A stretch of 63,266 nt of DNA, counting the filler, from Myxococcota bacterium (GTDB lineage Bacteria; Myxococcota_C; UBA6777): the NCBI GenBank assembly GCA_023150835.1. It is 3 parts of 3 records of this genome, joined end to end, with 100 filler letters (N's around TTAATTAATTAA, not from the genome) between each part and the next. Parts side by side here need not be neighbours in the genome. Positions count along the whole stretch, not along the records: positions 22,245 to 46,240 come from JAKLKB010000159.1; positions 46,341 to 63,266 come from JAKLKB010000174.1; 1 more part is not named here. One strand, given 5' to 3'. The notes beneath the pieces were generated by a model, which searched no databases, was not told the origin of the DNA, and was given only the letters and a program-made list of their open reading frames with translations. Shown here piece by piece: positions 40,804-50,284 of this stretch. The first letter of the stretch is position 1. Each line of letters opens with the position of its first letter. The translations under genes were made by a program, and so were the position numbers.

Positions 40804-40931
40804 GGGCAACCACACCTGGTTGCCCCTACGTGTTGGAAATCACACGGTGTTTTGTAGGCAACCACACATGGTTGCCCCTACGTGTTGGAAATCACACGGT
40901 GTTTTGTAGGGGCAGGCCCCCGTGCCTGCCC
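40804..40931. repeat. BIME-like cluster of GTAG-type REP palindromes (~52-bp period)
   Basis: ggcaaccacacMtggttgcccctac x2 with an identical linker, then inverted gtaggggcaggcccccgtgcctgccc. Confidence 0.8.
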
Positions 40932-41087
40932 TCGATCTGTTGCGTCGCTGACCTCTTCATCGCTATCTGTTTTGAACGAACCCCTCGAGTTTTCGTTGTT
41001 TTCTTCAACTATAGACAATAAAAAGAGTACAGTTTCTGTTTATTAATTATTCAACCAAATTCACAAATAAACGTTTTTTACGAAATT

Positions 41088-42332
41088 TTATTTTTTGTTC
41101 ATAACAACAATATATTCATTATTTATCGTTGTTGCAGTTTTTCCCGTTTCGTTTGTTGGACTGTTTTTTCGAGGCATTCTTTTATTTGGAATATTTCTAA
41201 TGAAAGTATATTTGTGTTCAAATTCAAATTGTTCAAAAATAGATTTTGTAAATTCATCTGTCAAAAGTGTTATGTCTTTTACTCTTCTGTTTCCAACGAC
41301 GTAGCAAGCATATCCTCCTCTTTTTATAACATTTGCAACGTTAGAAATAGATTTTATATAATCAACATAAAAACTATATACTTCTCTTGCCCTTTTCTCA
41401 TCAATAGAGGCTATTTGTTGGATAGTAGCATCCAACAATTGAAAGCCTGTTGGGAAGATCTCTTTTGGGGCACCTCCCATCAATCGACTATCCAAGTTGT
41501 CGGCCTCTTCAAAGCCTAGCCATTGGCTAGATAAGCGTGAAAACTGGCCGTAAGCAACGGTTGTTTTGCTGTCTCCGTAAGGGGGAGATGTGACAACTAA
41601 GTCTACGGACTCATCTTCGAGCGTTACTTCTTGAGAAGAATCAAATTCAAACACGTACACTTGACTATTGAACGAATTTGTTTTTTTTAGAAAACTTTCA
41701 AGACCTTTTTTGTTGCGATTCACTTTAGAAAGAAGCATGGAGAACACATCAGGCTTGAATTTTTTTACTTGTTCTTCTGTCATTCGATATAATTTGAATT
41801 CGCCATTTCTTGTTAGACTACTTTCTCTTACAGTTTCACTAAAAGCGATGAGGAAAAAATCTTTTATTCTATTATTTTCTATTGTATCAATAAATTGCTT
41901 TATGATCGCGAGTTCTGAAATCGTCTGAGGAAGAAACCAGTAATCAATATTTTTGAATTGAGGTATGTTTTGAGGATAGCAAATTTTCCCAAAATTTACA
42001 CTCAGCAGATAATTGTGAAGTGATTGTACGTAAGCTTCCAGCTCTTTTACACAGAGCTTTGATGTTTTTGTTTTTGCTATAAGTCGTGCGAGTGGGTTTA
42101 GATCTGAACCAAAAGCATTGATTCCACAAAGGTTCGCTTCAACCAAAGAAGTTCCTGTTCCGCAGTAAGGATCAAAAAGAGACTTTGCACCTTTTCCATA
42201 TTCTCGAATCAACCGCTCTGCAATTTGTGGAATCATCATCGCTGGATAATTATGGAAGCAATGTGTGTCTCTCTTTACATTTTCCGTTTGAAAATCCCAA
42301 GAATAATCGTTTTCTTTTCTTAATGTCATCAT
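41088..42332 (-). CDS. Type II DNA methyltransferase, probably N4-cytosine (MvaI-like)
   Basis: HCFHNYPAMMIPQIA, FDPYCGTGT (motif I) preceding VVTSPPY (motif IV); AT-rich. Confidence 0.9.
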   Translation of the reverse strand: MMTLRKENDYSWDFQTENVKRDTHCFHNYPAMMIPQIAERLIREYGKGAKSLFDPYCGTGTSLVEANLCGINAFGSDLNPLARLIAKTKTSKLCVKELEAYVQSLHNYLLSVNFGKICYPQNIPQFKNIDYWFLPQTISELAIIKQFIDTIENNRIKDFFLIAFSETVRESSLTRNGEFKLYRMTEEQVKKFKPDVFSMLLSKVNRNKKGLESFLKKTNSFNSQVYVFEFDSSQEVTLEDESVDLVVTSPPYGDSKTTVAYGQFSRLSSQWLGFEEADNLDSRLMGGAPKEIFPTGFQLLDATIQQIASIDEKRAREVYSFYVDYIKSISNVANVIKRGGYACYVVGNRRVKDITLLTDEFTKSIFEQFEFEHKYTFIRNIPNKRMPRKNSPTNETGKTATTINNEYIVVMNKK

Positions 42333-42335
42333 TTA

Positions 42336-43016
42336 TTACAAGTCCTCGATTTTTTTGAATAGTAGGTGGAGTTTGTCTTCAAAAATTCTAAAACCTGTAC
42401 CATGATTTCTTGCTCTCGTGCCTTTATCATGAAGCCTTAAATCTACAAGTAAGTTTCCTGTTTTAAATAAATCAGAAAGCAAATCGGAGGATGTTTCTCT
42501 CATTATCTGGGCTCTGTAAAATTGGAAATATTCTACACCAGCCCTTTCCTCTACGTGTGCGGATACAAAAATTAACGCAGGAATTTTCTTTGCAAATCTT
42601 TCTGCAATTGTGGCAATTTGCCACGTTGCGATAATCTCTCCAGATATGTGTTGTACAGCGATTTCATGTTGAGATACGGTCAAAAAGAGTCCCGCACTAT
42701 TTGGAGATAAAGACATCGTGTAATACATTCCCAATCTGCCATTTTGGTCGAAACTTCCGTATTTTTTTATTGCCGTTAAAGGATTAATTTTCCAACATTT
42801 TTTATTAAACGTAAATAAAGTGATCATACTATTCGAATGATCCCGATGAGCTTTAATCTCAATGCCTTTTATATCGGGCAGTGCTAGGTTGTTTTCTCTC
42901 AATCCAATCAACATTTCAAAAGTATAACCAACACCTGTTGGGCCTTTTCTTAGGGATTTTACGAATCCTTTGGATTTTAGCAATTGAAATTCTGTTGTCA
43001 ACTCGTCTAGTGTCAT
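42336..43016 (-). CDS. MvaI/BcnI-family type II restriction endonuclease
   Basis: RKGPTGVGYTFE.LIGL.ENN...PD...IEIK, ITLF, and C-terminal RNHGTGFRI; 3 bp from the MTase. Confidence 0.88.
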   Translation of the reverse strand: MTLDELTTEFQLLKSKGFVKSLRKGPTGVGYTFEMLIGLRENNLALPDIKGIEIKAHRDHSNSMITLFTFNKKCWKINPLTAIKKYGSFDQNGRLGMYYTMSLSPNSAGLFLTVSQHEIAVQHISGEIIATWQIATIAERFAKKIPALIFVSAHVEERAGVEYFQFYRAQIMRETSSDLLSDLFKTGNLLVDLRLHDKGTRARNHGTGFRIFEDKLHLLFKKIEDL

Positions 43017-43214
43017 TTGAGTACCCCGAATAAGTGTTAATTTGATATCGAGAAACGATTGCAACGAGCTTATATAACGCACAATCGATTCTATGTCAAG
43101 AGTGTCATTTTAAATAAAGCCCATAGATTCAAAGAAATCCATATTTACATCATAGTAAGGCAAATTTTTTCTCCCATTGATAGATGTATAAGATGGAGAC
43201 TTTTTTGTTGTAGA

Positions 43215-44437
43215 CTCGCTACATGACAGGCCAATGACGAGCGAGCGAAGCATCGGAAAGAACGAAGTGTTTTGGAGGTTCAAACATGACAAGAAAATGT
43301 CCTCCATTTTTGAGCTGCCTCTCTAACCAAGAAAGTCCAAGCCGAAACAAGCTCTTATCTTGTCGTCGAAGGCTTCGATCTACTTGATCCACTTTTCTTT
43401 CTATCACGACTTGAAGCCCCAAATAGACCATCCACAAATAACTCAGACAACAGAGCATAAGAAGACGACTTAATCTCTCTGGGCAAGACAAATGGCTCTT
43501 GTCAATTCCAAATCCCCTACTTTTTTGATCGCTAAAAAAGGTTTCAATGATGAATCGTTTTCGATACCAATTCAATGACTTGTGTGCATCTGGCAAGGTG
43601 GACAACAAATACCAAGGCTGTTTTTCTTTTGGCTTCCAATGAGCGATGGCATGAAGTGGGCCGAAAGCCTGTGCTGTGACATTGGCATCGCAAACAGAGA
43701 GCGTCTGGCCTTGAGCCACGGGCAAAGCGTGTTGGATTTGCTGTACGTTGTCGCCTTGGTGAAGCAACGTGTTTTTGGCGGTACGCACAACGAAGTCCCA
43801 ACCACATTCTTCCGACAGATAACGCAAAAAAGAGACATTATCGTACTCACCGTCGCCGAGCAAAATAACATCCTGCCTGCTCCCAAGAAGTTCTTTCGCG
43901 TGCTTTGCGAAGGCAACGTGCTTGTCTGCGCTCCGATGACCTTTTCCTCCTTGCTCAACCTGCCAGAGCAAGGGCAAAAGGCGTCCTTTGTAAAGGATAC
44001 CAAGCATCAAGACAACGCATCCACGGCCAATCTCACTGACATCAAGGGCAAGCGGGAGTCGTATCCCCTCAAATGCCCGAAGCAGTGATTGAATGAATGG
44101 AAGCATGAGCGTTTTCGGCTCGGCATCGGAGGCAATGAAACGTTGAAAGCGCCGATGGGTACTTTCTGTTTTGGCATTGGAAGGGGCGGCCTGCGCAAGT
44201 TGCGTAAGGTGGCATCGGCCTTTCCTCACGAGAGCAGAGATCATCAAAGACATCGTGACGACACGACTCTGAGAAGTCGTTGTCAAAATCTTCTGCTTGG
44301 GTATCTTGCACTTTCGTGTACAGTCTTTTCGCGTCGCTCATTTGGTGCTCCTTTGGTTGGTTAGTGCTACCAAGGTACCTCATGAGCGACGTTTTTTCTA
44401 GAGCTTTCGCTGTTTTCTCAAACTGTCATGTAGCGAG
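43215..44437 (-). mobile_element. IS4-family insertion sequence with 15-bp terminal inverted repeats
   Basis: CTCGCTACATGACAG (43215-43229) and CTGTCATGTAGCGAG (44423-44437) enclose a DDE transposase; no target duplication visible. Confidence 0.88.
43219..44341 (-). pseudogene. IS4-family DDE transposase, frameshifted near the 5' end
   Basis: LALD, LGDGEY, YRKRFIIETFFSDQKSRGF (YREK-like). The RBS-backed ATG at 44341 (MSDAKRLY) is out of frame with the main ORF (TTG 44286). Confidence 0.75.
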
Positions 44438-44496
44438 CGTGTGGTAGACTTTCTTTACAAACCCCATCGTTGCTTGCCCTCCTTACGCAGCATTTC

Positions 44497-44618
44497 AAAA
44501 AAACCCGTATTTGCGAAACTTCAAGCGGCGCTGTCGTTTGTTTGAAAAACAATGATCTTCCCGCCAATACGGGGTCGAGGGGGCCGCGACCCCTTGCGGG
44601 GCGTGGGGCAGCGCCCCA
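44497..44618 (-). repeat. Family B repeat (reverse)
   Basis: aaaaaaacccgtatttgcg...tttgaaaa...ggggtcgagggg...ggggcagcgcccca. Confidence 0.8.
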
Positions 44619-44669
44619 CAAAACAAACCCAACCGCGTAAGCCCAGCACAAAAAATCAAGTACATCAGC

Positions 44670-46010
44670 CTATGTCGACGAAGAGACGAACACGACAGGC
44701 AAGAGAGCGCCACCTTGGTGGACGTTGATCACGCTTGAATCAGAGATACGCGCAAAACAGCCGACAAATCGGGACTTGTGAACCCACGCGCTGAGAGTGA
44801 CGTTCTTTTCGACCACCTGTGCCCGCCCTTGGGCGTCTTGCATCACAAAACGACCCCGTGAGGCTGGCCATGCACGTTGCGCGACATAAGAAAAAGGTCG
44901 CATCACAGCCTCTTGGAGGGTTTGTTCCCAGATATCGGCGCTGCATACGCGTCCGAGGATCACCCCAAAACCACCGTATCCTTCGTTGGGTTTGAGTACC
45001 CATTCGCTGCGCTGCTCGCGAAGCAAAGACAGCAGATCGACTTCTCGATCTTCGTACAAGACTTTTTCTTCACGCACCACAAAAGTCCACGGCATACACT
45101 CGCGCAACACAGCGCGCACTTCTTGCGGCAAGGACTCCTGATAATGAGGCGAGCTCAACGGCTCCAACAGCCCCTTGTAATCGGCCACGATGGTGCAAAA
45201 AGGATTGATCAGCTTGACCGCTCCTGCACGATATGCGTCAAACAACGGGCGCGTGGCAGGCCAATATCCCTCCAACAACAGCTCGTCGATGGTGTCGCGG
45301 ATCACCCCGTCGATCGGGCGTTCTTCGGACCACAGGCGCTTTCCATCCCATCGCAACGAACGCGGGTCAGCAAGCGTGATCGACAAGCCCCGCGCCTTGA
45401 GTCCTTCCACGATCAAGCGATGCTCGTCATGCACCAACGAAGCCGCATCGCTTAGCTGTACCCACGCAGCAGGCGGAGCAAGCGTTGCGTTCACAAGCCC
45501 TGCATACGCATCAAGCAAGATATCTTCGTGGATATCCCCCATGCACCGAAGTTTTTGCATCGCTGGAAGCAAGCGCATCGCCGCAAGAAAAGCATCCGTG
45601 AACCCCGCCCCCGAAGGATCACCCGCGTTGCACTCCATCACTCGAAACACGCCCGCTTTGTCGTCCCAAAAACCGTCAAATCGCGCACAAAACATCGCCT
45701 GTTCCCGCTCCGCATCCAGTCGCGCAACCTCCCATGCTTCGGGGCGCATCGAGATCATCCACGCAGCAAGCCTCCCCCTCAAGATATCTTGAACCGCTCG
45801 ATCAAAAGCCTCGGCCAACGCTTCGACTTGGGCTTGGAGAGCCGAACGGATCCCGAACGGCAACAGCAATGGCTGCGGAAGTGTCGGGATCTTCACACCC
45901 AAACGCCGCATCGCCTCTTGCATCGGCACAAAGTGCGCGTCTGGCTCCTCGCAAAGCGTCCGAAGATACGCTTGTTGCCATGCGTTCCTTTCTGTCACCT
46001 CCTCTCGCAT
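44670..46010 (-). CDS. Second circularly permuted ATP-grasp amide ligase
   Basis: ARFDGF...MECNAGDPSG, NP....DYKG, WVLKPNEGYGGFGVILG, YVAQ, VINVHQGG; AAGGAGG RBS. Confidence 0.85.
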   Translation of the reverse strand: MREEVTERNAWQQAYLRTLCEEPDAHFVPMQEAMRRLGVKIPTLPQPLLLPFGIRSALQAQVEALAEAFDRAVQDILRGRLAAWMISMRPEAWEVARLDAEREQAMFCARFDGFWDDKAGVFRVMECNAGDPSGAGFTDAFLAAMRLLPAMQKLRCMGDIHEDILLDAYAGLVNATLAPPAAWVQLSDAASLVHDEHRLIVEGLKARGLSITLADPRSLRWDGKRLWSEERPIDGVIRDTIDELLLEGYWPATRPLFDAYRAGAVKLINPFCTIVADYKGLLEPLSSPHYQESLPQEVRAVLRECMPWTFVVREEKVLYEDREVDLLSLLREQRSEWVLKPNEGYGGFGVILGRVCSADIWEQTLQEAVMRPFSYVAQRAWPASRGRFVMQDAQGRAQVVEKNVTLSAWVHKSRFVGCFARISDSSVINVHQGGALLPVVFVSSST

Positions 46011-46092
46011 CTGAACCTCCTTCTCTGGTCTCTCCAAAGATCTAGCCTGTTTTCGCCTTCCGATCAACCTGTTTTGCTTTCGTTGGCACGTG

Positions 46093-46590
46093 TGGGGCTT
46101 TGCCCCATAGGCGTTAGGTGAAGCGGAGGAAAGCCCCCCACCCCGCCCTCCCCCGTGAACAGGGGAGGGAGCGAAAGTCGGAAGCCTCGGGGATTTTGTT
46201 TTTTCATGACGCACGCTGTATGCACCAAATGCAGACGCTGNNNNNNNNNNNNNNNNNNNNNNNNNNNNNNNNNNNNNNNNNNNNTTAATTAATTAANNNN
46301 NNNNNNNNNNNNNNNNNNNNNNNNNNNNNNNNNNNNNNNNATTGAGGGGGGGGATTGAGGGGGGGGATTGAGGGGGGGGATTGAGGGGGGGGATTGAGGG
46401 GGGGGAGAACAAAAGAAAAGGCGATCAAGACCGACTCTACGAGGTTTTCACCTTAACCTAACGCCTATGGGGCGCAGCCCCACGCCCCACAAGGGAGCGA
46501 AGCCCCCTTGACCCCGTGTTGGCGGGGTGAACACAGGTTTTTCACACCAACAGCGCTGCCGCTTGAAGTGTCGCGAATACGGGTTTTTTT
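46093..46590. repeat. Family A element interrupted by the assembly gap, with (ATTGAG8)x5 and a family B copy
   Basis: Left side is the reverse complement of 26883-27028; right side is the reverse complement of the A core, then family B at 46468-46590. Confidence 0.8.
46241..46340. other. Artificial contig linker (N44-TTAATTAATTAA-N44)
   Basis: Same cassette as at 22145. Confidence 0.97.
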
Positions 46591-46777
46591 GCAACAAGCC
46601 ATCCCGCTCTCATTTTGTTTGGACTGCCTTTGCCGCGTCAGGGGTTGTCTTGGGACTTGCTCTTGACAGCGGATGATCCTTCTCCTATCGTCCCTTGCAA
46701 CCGCCGTTGCCAAACCCGATTGTTTGCTGAAGATCCTGTGTTGGATCGTCTTCTCGCACGAAGGAGCTTTGAAGGCG

Positions 46778-49700
46778 TTGAAGAAAAAGCCATCCTCCAC
46801 CGAAGAACGCGCTTCCGATCCCAAGGCGTCTGTTGTCTATCTAACAGACGACTCCTCCGAAGACTCGCGCAAATACCCGCTCCCTACTGGGAATTTTGTG
46901 GGACTCGACTTCGGCGAAAAGCAGCGATCCGCGCAGTCCCGAAGCGAAAGCGAGATCCCCGTCTTGCTATTGCCCAATCCTTCGGCTCCTGCAAACCCTC
47001 CCAACGCTGAAGAAGACGACCTCGAAGATGTCGTGTTGCTGCGTTCTGCACAACAAGATAGCGAAGAAGCACTTGTCGTATTGCGCCCAGTCTCGGGGGC
47101 GACAGAAGCTCTCCCTTCAACGCCCCCAACCTCGGGGATTTCTTCTGAGACCTCCCCAACGCGCCAAGTATCGGGCAGTACCGAGGCGCTTTCCTCGCCT
47201 CCTGCTCGTGCCACATCCACCGCTTCTTTTCGCCGCTCTGCTTCGATGACGCAGGATTATCCGATATCTTCACCCTTGATCAAGCTTGCCGATGACCCGT
47301 CATCTCCACCCCCTGAAAACCGCCCATCGCCGCAAACGCCTTCATCCTCCGATGTTCGCTCGCCATCACAAACGCCCTTGTCCCCTGAAAACCGCCCATC
47401 GCCGCAAACGTCCTCATCCTCCGATGCTCGGTTGTCCTCTCGTCAGACAAGCGCCATCGGAAGCCCGTTCCCATCGAATCCAACGGCTCCTTCACGCAAC
47501 GCCGCCAACGATCTGTTTCCTGATATCCCACCCGCTTCTTCCGATCAGACCATCGCCTACGAAGCCGCCCATCTTCACGCGATCCTCACCCCACCTCCCT
47601 CCACAACTCTTTCTCTCGGCCTTCGCCCTTCGTTTGATGATCTTGTCGCAAGTTCCGCAGATATCGCTTCTTCTTCGCAAGGCAGGATGACTCCACCACC
47701 TTCCGATTCTTCCCACCAAAGCCAACCCGCCGATCCCTACACAACGCTTTCCGTTGGAAGTCCTCGCGCTCACCAAACAACCGATCAAACCCATCCACCA
47801 CAAACACAGGCCAACGAGAGCAACGCCCATCCACCACAAGAAACACAGGCCAACGAGTGCAAAGCCCACACTCTCGAAACCGAAACCGAGACAGAACAGG
47901 CCCTATCTATCGCCTCTTCTGAGCATCCAAGCGCGGCTTCTTCGACTCACCCAAGCGCGGCTTCTTCGACTCACCCGAGCGCGGCCTCATCGGATCATGA
48001 AACCATCGATGTCGGCCAAAGCCCTCGATCTTCCGAACTCTTGCGCGTGGTTGCGTTGCATGATGGCGAAGTGACGGATGATCTGCTGCGTGTGATCGCT
48101 CAGCAGCACCTTGATCGCGCCACTTTTGAGATCGCGCCCTCTGCGCTCGAATCGGCACGCAAACTCCAGCCTCCCACCGACGATCTGGTGGCCTTTGCGC
48201 TCAAACAAAACGAGCGCGAACGCGCCAAGCCTCTTTTGCCAACAGGCGAAGTGATCGCGTATTCTCTTTTTTCGGAGGCTGTTTCTTCTCCCCGACCCAC
48301 CGATGTTTCAACTTCTCCGTTCCCTCGCTCAAAGGCTCTTTCTACAACACAAGCGTTCCCTGCCTCCGAAGTGGCTCGGATCGTTCGTGTGTACGATGCG
48401 GAGGAGTCCTCGATCTCACCCGAATCCGCCAGCGATCCCGCAAAAGATGGAGCCGATACCGACGAACGACCGCCATATCGGGACACGAGGGACGAACTCT
48501 CTCGCCCTTCCTTCAAAGAGCCTCCGCCCTCCCTGCCAGCCGAAGTTTCCGCAAAAACCTCCCCTGATGAGATCGTCGCCATCTCGCAAGAACAAATGAA
48601 CGCTTTGCTTCAACAGGAACACGTGCCAAGCCATACGCTCGAAACGCCCGTCTCTTCGCCAAAAAAAGCCTCACACGATATCTCTGCCCAAGAGATCCAA
48701 GCGGTCTCTCCCAACGAGTCCGCTGCTCTCTCCGAAGAAGAAACACTCGCTGTCTCCGATATCTCCCTTCACACGCGGCAAAAGACCGAACCCCACGAGA
48801 TGAGGGCTGTGTCCGAACATGATCTCGCTGCCGATCTTGCGGCCTCCCCACAACAAAGCCTCCATCCCACCCAAGAATCCGCCGTTTTCCAACAAAGCCT
48901 CCATCCCACCCAAGAATCCCCTACTTTTGAAGCGACATCCGCAGATGATGAGATCCCTGTCTTTGAACCCACCCCCTCTCATGCACCTGTGATGACCCAC
49001 GAAGATCTCGATCTGCTCGATTCTTCCTCGGCTGACAACGAGATCCCTGTTGGAGACACCCATTACACCGCGAACAGCGAGATCCCCGTTGGAGACACCC
49101 ACTACACCGCTGATAACGAGATCCCTGTTGGAGACACCCATTACACCGCTGATAACGAGATCCCTGTTGGAGATACCCATTACACCGCTGACGATCTACC
49201 TATGTTTGAAGGCACATCCGCCGACAACGAGATCCCTGTAGCCGATGGTGTGAGCGAACACCCCAACAGCCCATCGGATAGCGATCTCCCTTGGTTTTCG
49301 CCTCCATCTCAACCTGTGCAGACGCCACAGACCATCGCGGTACAACGTGTCTTGCAGCGTACTGACCCCCACATCCGCACGCCACAACACACGACCTCCC
49401 CGTTGTCTTCTCCTCCGCCTTCCGCCTCTTTCACGCTTCGCTCCATGCTGACGCAGGCGAGCGAGTCCGACACGCAGAGCAAAATACGAGAACAGCACGC
49501 TCGAAATCTGCCGACCCCTTTAAGCACACCCCATCTGCCGACCCCTTCAAACGCACCCCATCTGCCGACCCCTTCAAACGCACCCCATCTGCCGACCCCC
49601 TCAAGCACACCCCATCTGCCGACCCCCTCAAGCACACCTCGTCTGCCAAACCCTTTGACCGCCCCCAAAACCAATCCTCCTGACACAGAGACAACGCCCT

Positions 49701-50254
49701 TTGTACCGCGTCCTGCCGCAGCATCGAGTCCTGCGCAACGTGCGATCCGCGTCGAAGTCTTACGCCCGGGTGAGACCTACGAAGAAAAGCGTGTCGCAGA
49801 TGGTGTGTTGTTGGAGGGTTTGCTTTCGGAGTTGGCGCTGCATTGCGGGCGGGCTTGCTGCTTTTTGCTCAAAGAAGGCGCACTGATCGGCCTTGGAGCG
49901 CGTGGTGTGGGGGATGTCCATCGGCGGATCTTGGATATCTTGTTGCCCGCAGACGCCCCCTCGCTTTTTTCTCATGTCATCCGCACACGTTCTTCTTACG
50001 TTGGACCCCCTGCCAGCGGGCCGATCGATCGCATCCTGACCGCTTGCCTCGGTGGCAAAGAACCCCAAGATATCGCGATCTATCCGATCTTGCAGAATCA
50101 GCGTGTCGTTGCTCTTTTTTATCTCGATGATGCAGGCGTGGGCCATTTCCCCGAAGACAGCGAACACATCAAAGCCCTGATCCGACGCGCCCCGCTGCTT
50201 TCCTTTCACTGGTCTCTCGAAGATCTCGCCGCTCTGGCTGAAGACTTGTCTTAA
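46778..50254 (+). CDS. Large disordered Ser/Pro/Thr-rich protein with a C-terminal GAF-like domain
   Basis: More than 1000 aa of low complexity with repeats (ADNEIPVGDTHYT, PHLPTPSNA); folded end GRACCF...PSLFSHV...YPILQNQRVVALFYLDD. Start uncertain (TTG 46769/46778 after AAGGAG, or ATG 46673). Confidence 0.7.
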   Translation: MKKKPSSTEERASDPKASVVYLTDDSSEDSRKYPLPTGNFVGLDFGEKQRSAQSRSESEIPVLLLPNPSAPANPPNAEEDDLEDVVLLRSAQQDSEEALVVLRPVSGATEALPSTPPTSGISSETSPTRQVSGSTEALSSPPARATSTASFRRSASMTQDYPISSPLIKLADDPSSPPPENRPSPQTPSSSDVRSPSQTPLSPENRPSPQTSSSSDARLSSRQTSAIGSPFPSNPTAPSRNAANDLFPDIPPASSDQTIAYEAAHLHAILTPPPSTTLSLGLRPSFDDLVASSADIASSSQGRMTPPPSDSSHQSQPADPYTTLSVGSPRAHQTTDQTHPPQTQANESNAHPPQETQANECKAHTLETETETEQALSIASSEHPSAASSTHPSAASSTHPSAASSDHETIDVGQSPRSSELLRVVALHDGEVTDDLLRVIAQQHLDRATFEIAPSALESARKLQPPTDDLVAFALKQNERERAKPLLPTGEVIAYSLFSEAVSSPRPTDVSTSPFPRSKALSTTQAFPASEVARIVRVYDAEESSISPESASDPAKDGADTDERPPYRDTRDELSRPSFKEPPPSLPAEVSAKTSPDEIVAISQEQMNALLQQEHVPSHTLETPVSSPKKASHDISAQEIQAVSPNESAALSEEETLAVSDISLHTRQKTEPHEMRAVSEHDLAADLAASPQQSLHPTQESAVFQQSLHPTQESPTFEATSADDEIPVFEPTPSHAPVMTHEDLDLLDSSSADNEIPVGDTHYTANSEIPVGDTHYTADNEIPVGDTHYTADNEIPVGDTHYTADDLPMFEGTSADNEIPVADGVSEHPNSPSDSDLPWFSPPSQPVQTPQTIAVQRVLQRTDPHIRTPQHTTSPLSSPPPSASFTLRSMLTQASESDTQSKIREQHARNLPTPLSTPHLPTPSNAPHLPTPSNAPHLPTPSSTPHLPTPSSTPRLPNPLTAPKTNPPDTETTPFVPRPAAASSPAQRAIRVEVLRPGETYEEKRVADGVLLEGLLSELALHCGRACCFLLKEGALIGLGARGVGDVHRRILDILLPADAPSLFSHVIRTRSSYVGPPASGPIDRILTACLGGKEPQDIAIYPILQNQRVVALFYLDDAGVGHFPEDSEHIKALIRRAPLLSFHWSLEDLAALAEDLS

Positions 50255-50284
50255 ATCGTTTCTTTGTTTTGAGGTGAGCTACCC

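Noticed and set aside
43205-44450. Target-site duplication around the IS4 element
   Set aside because: The immediate flanks (tgttgtaga / cgtgtggta) do not match; a nearby gtagact similarity is offset.
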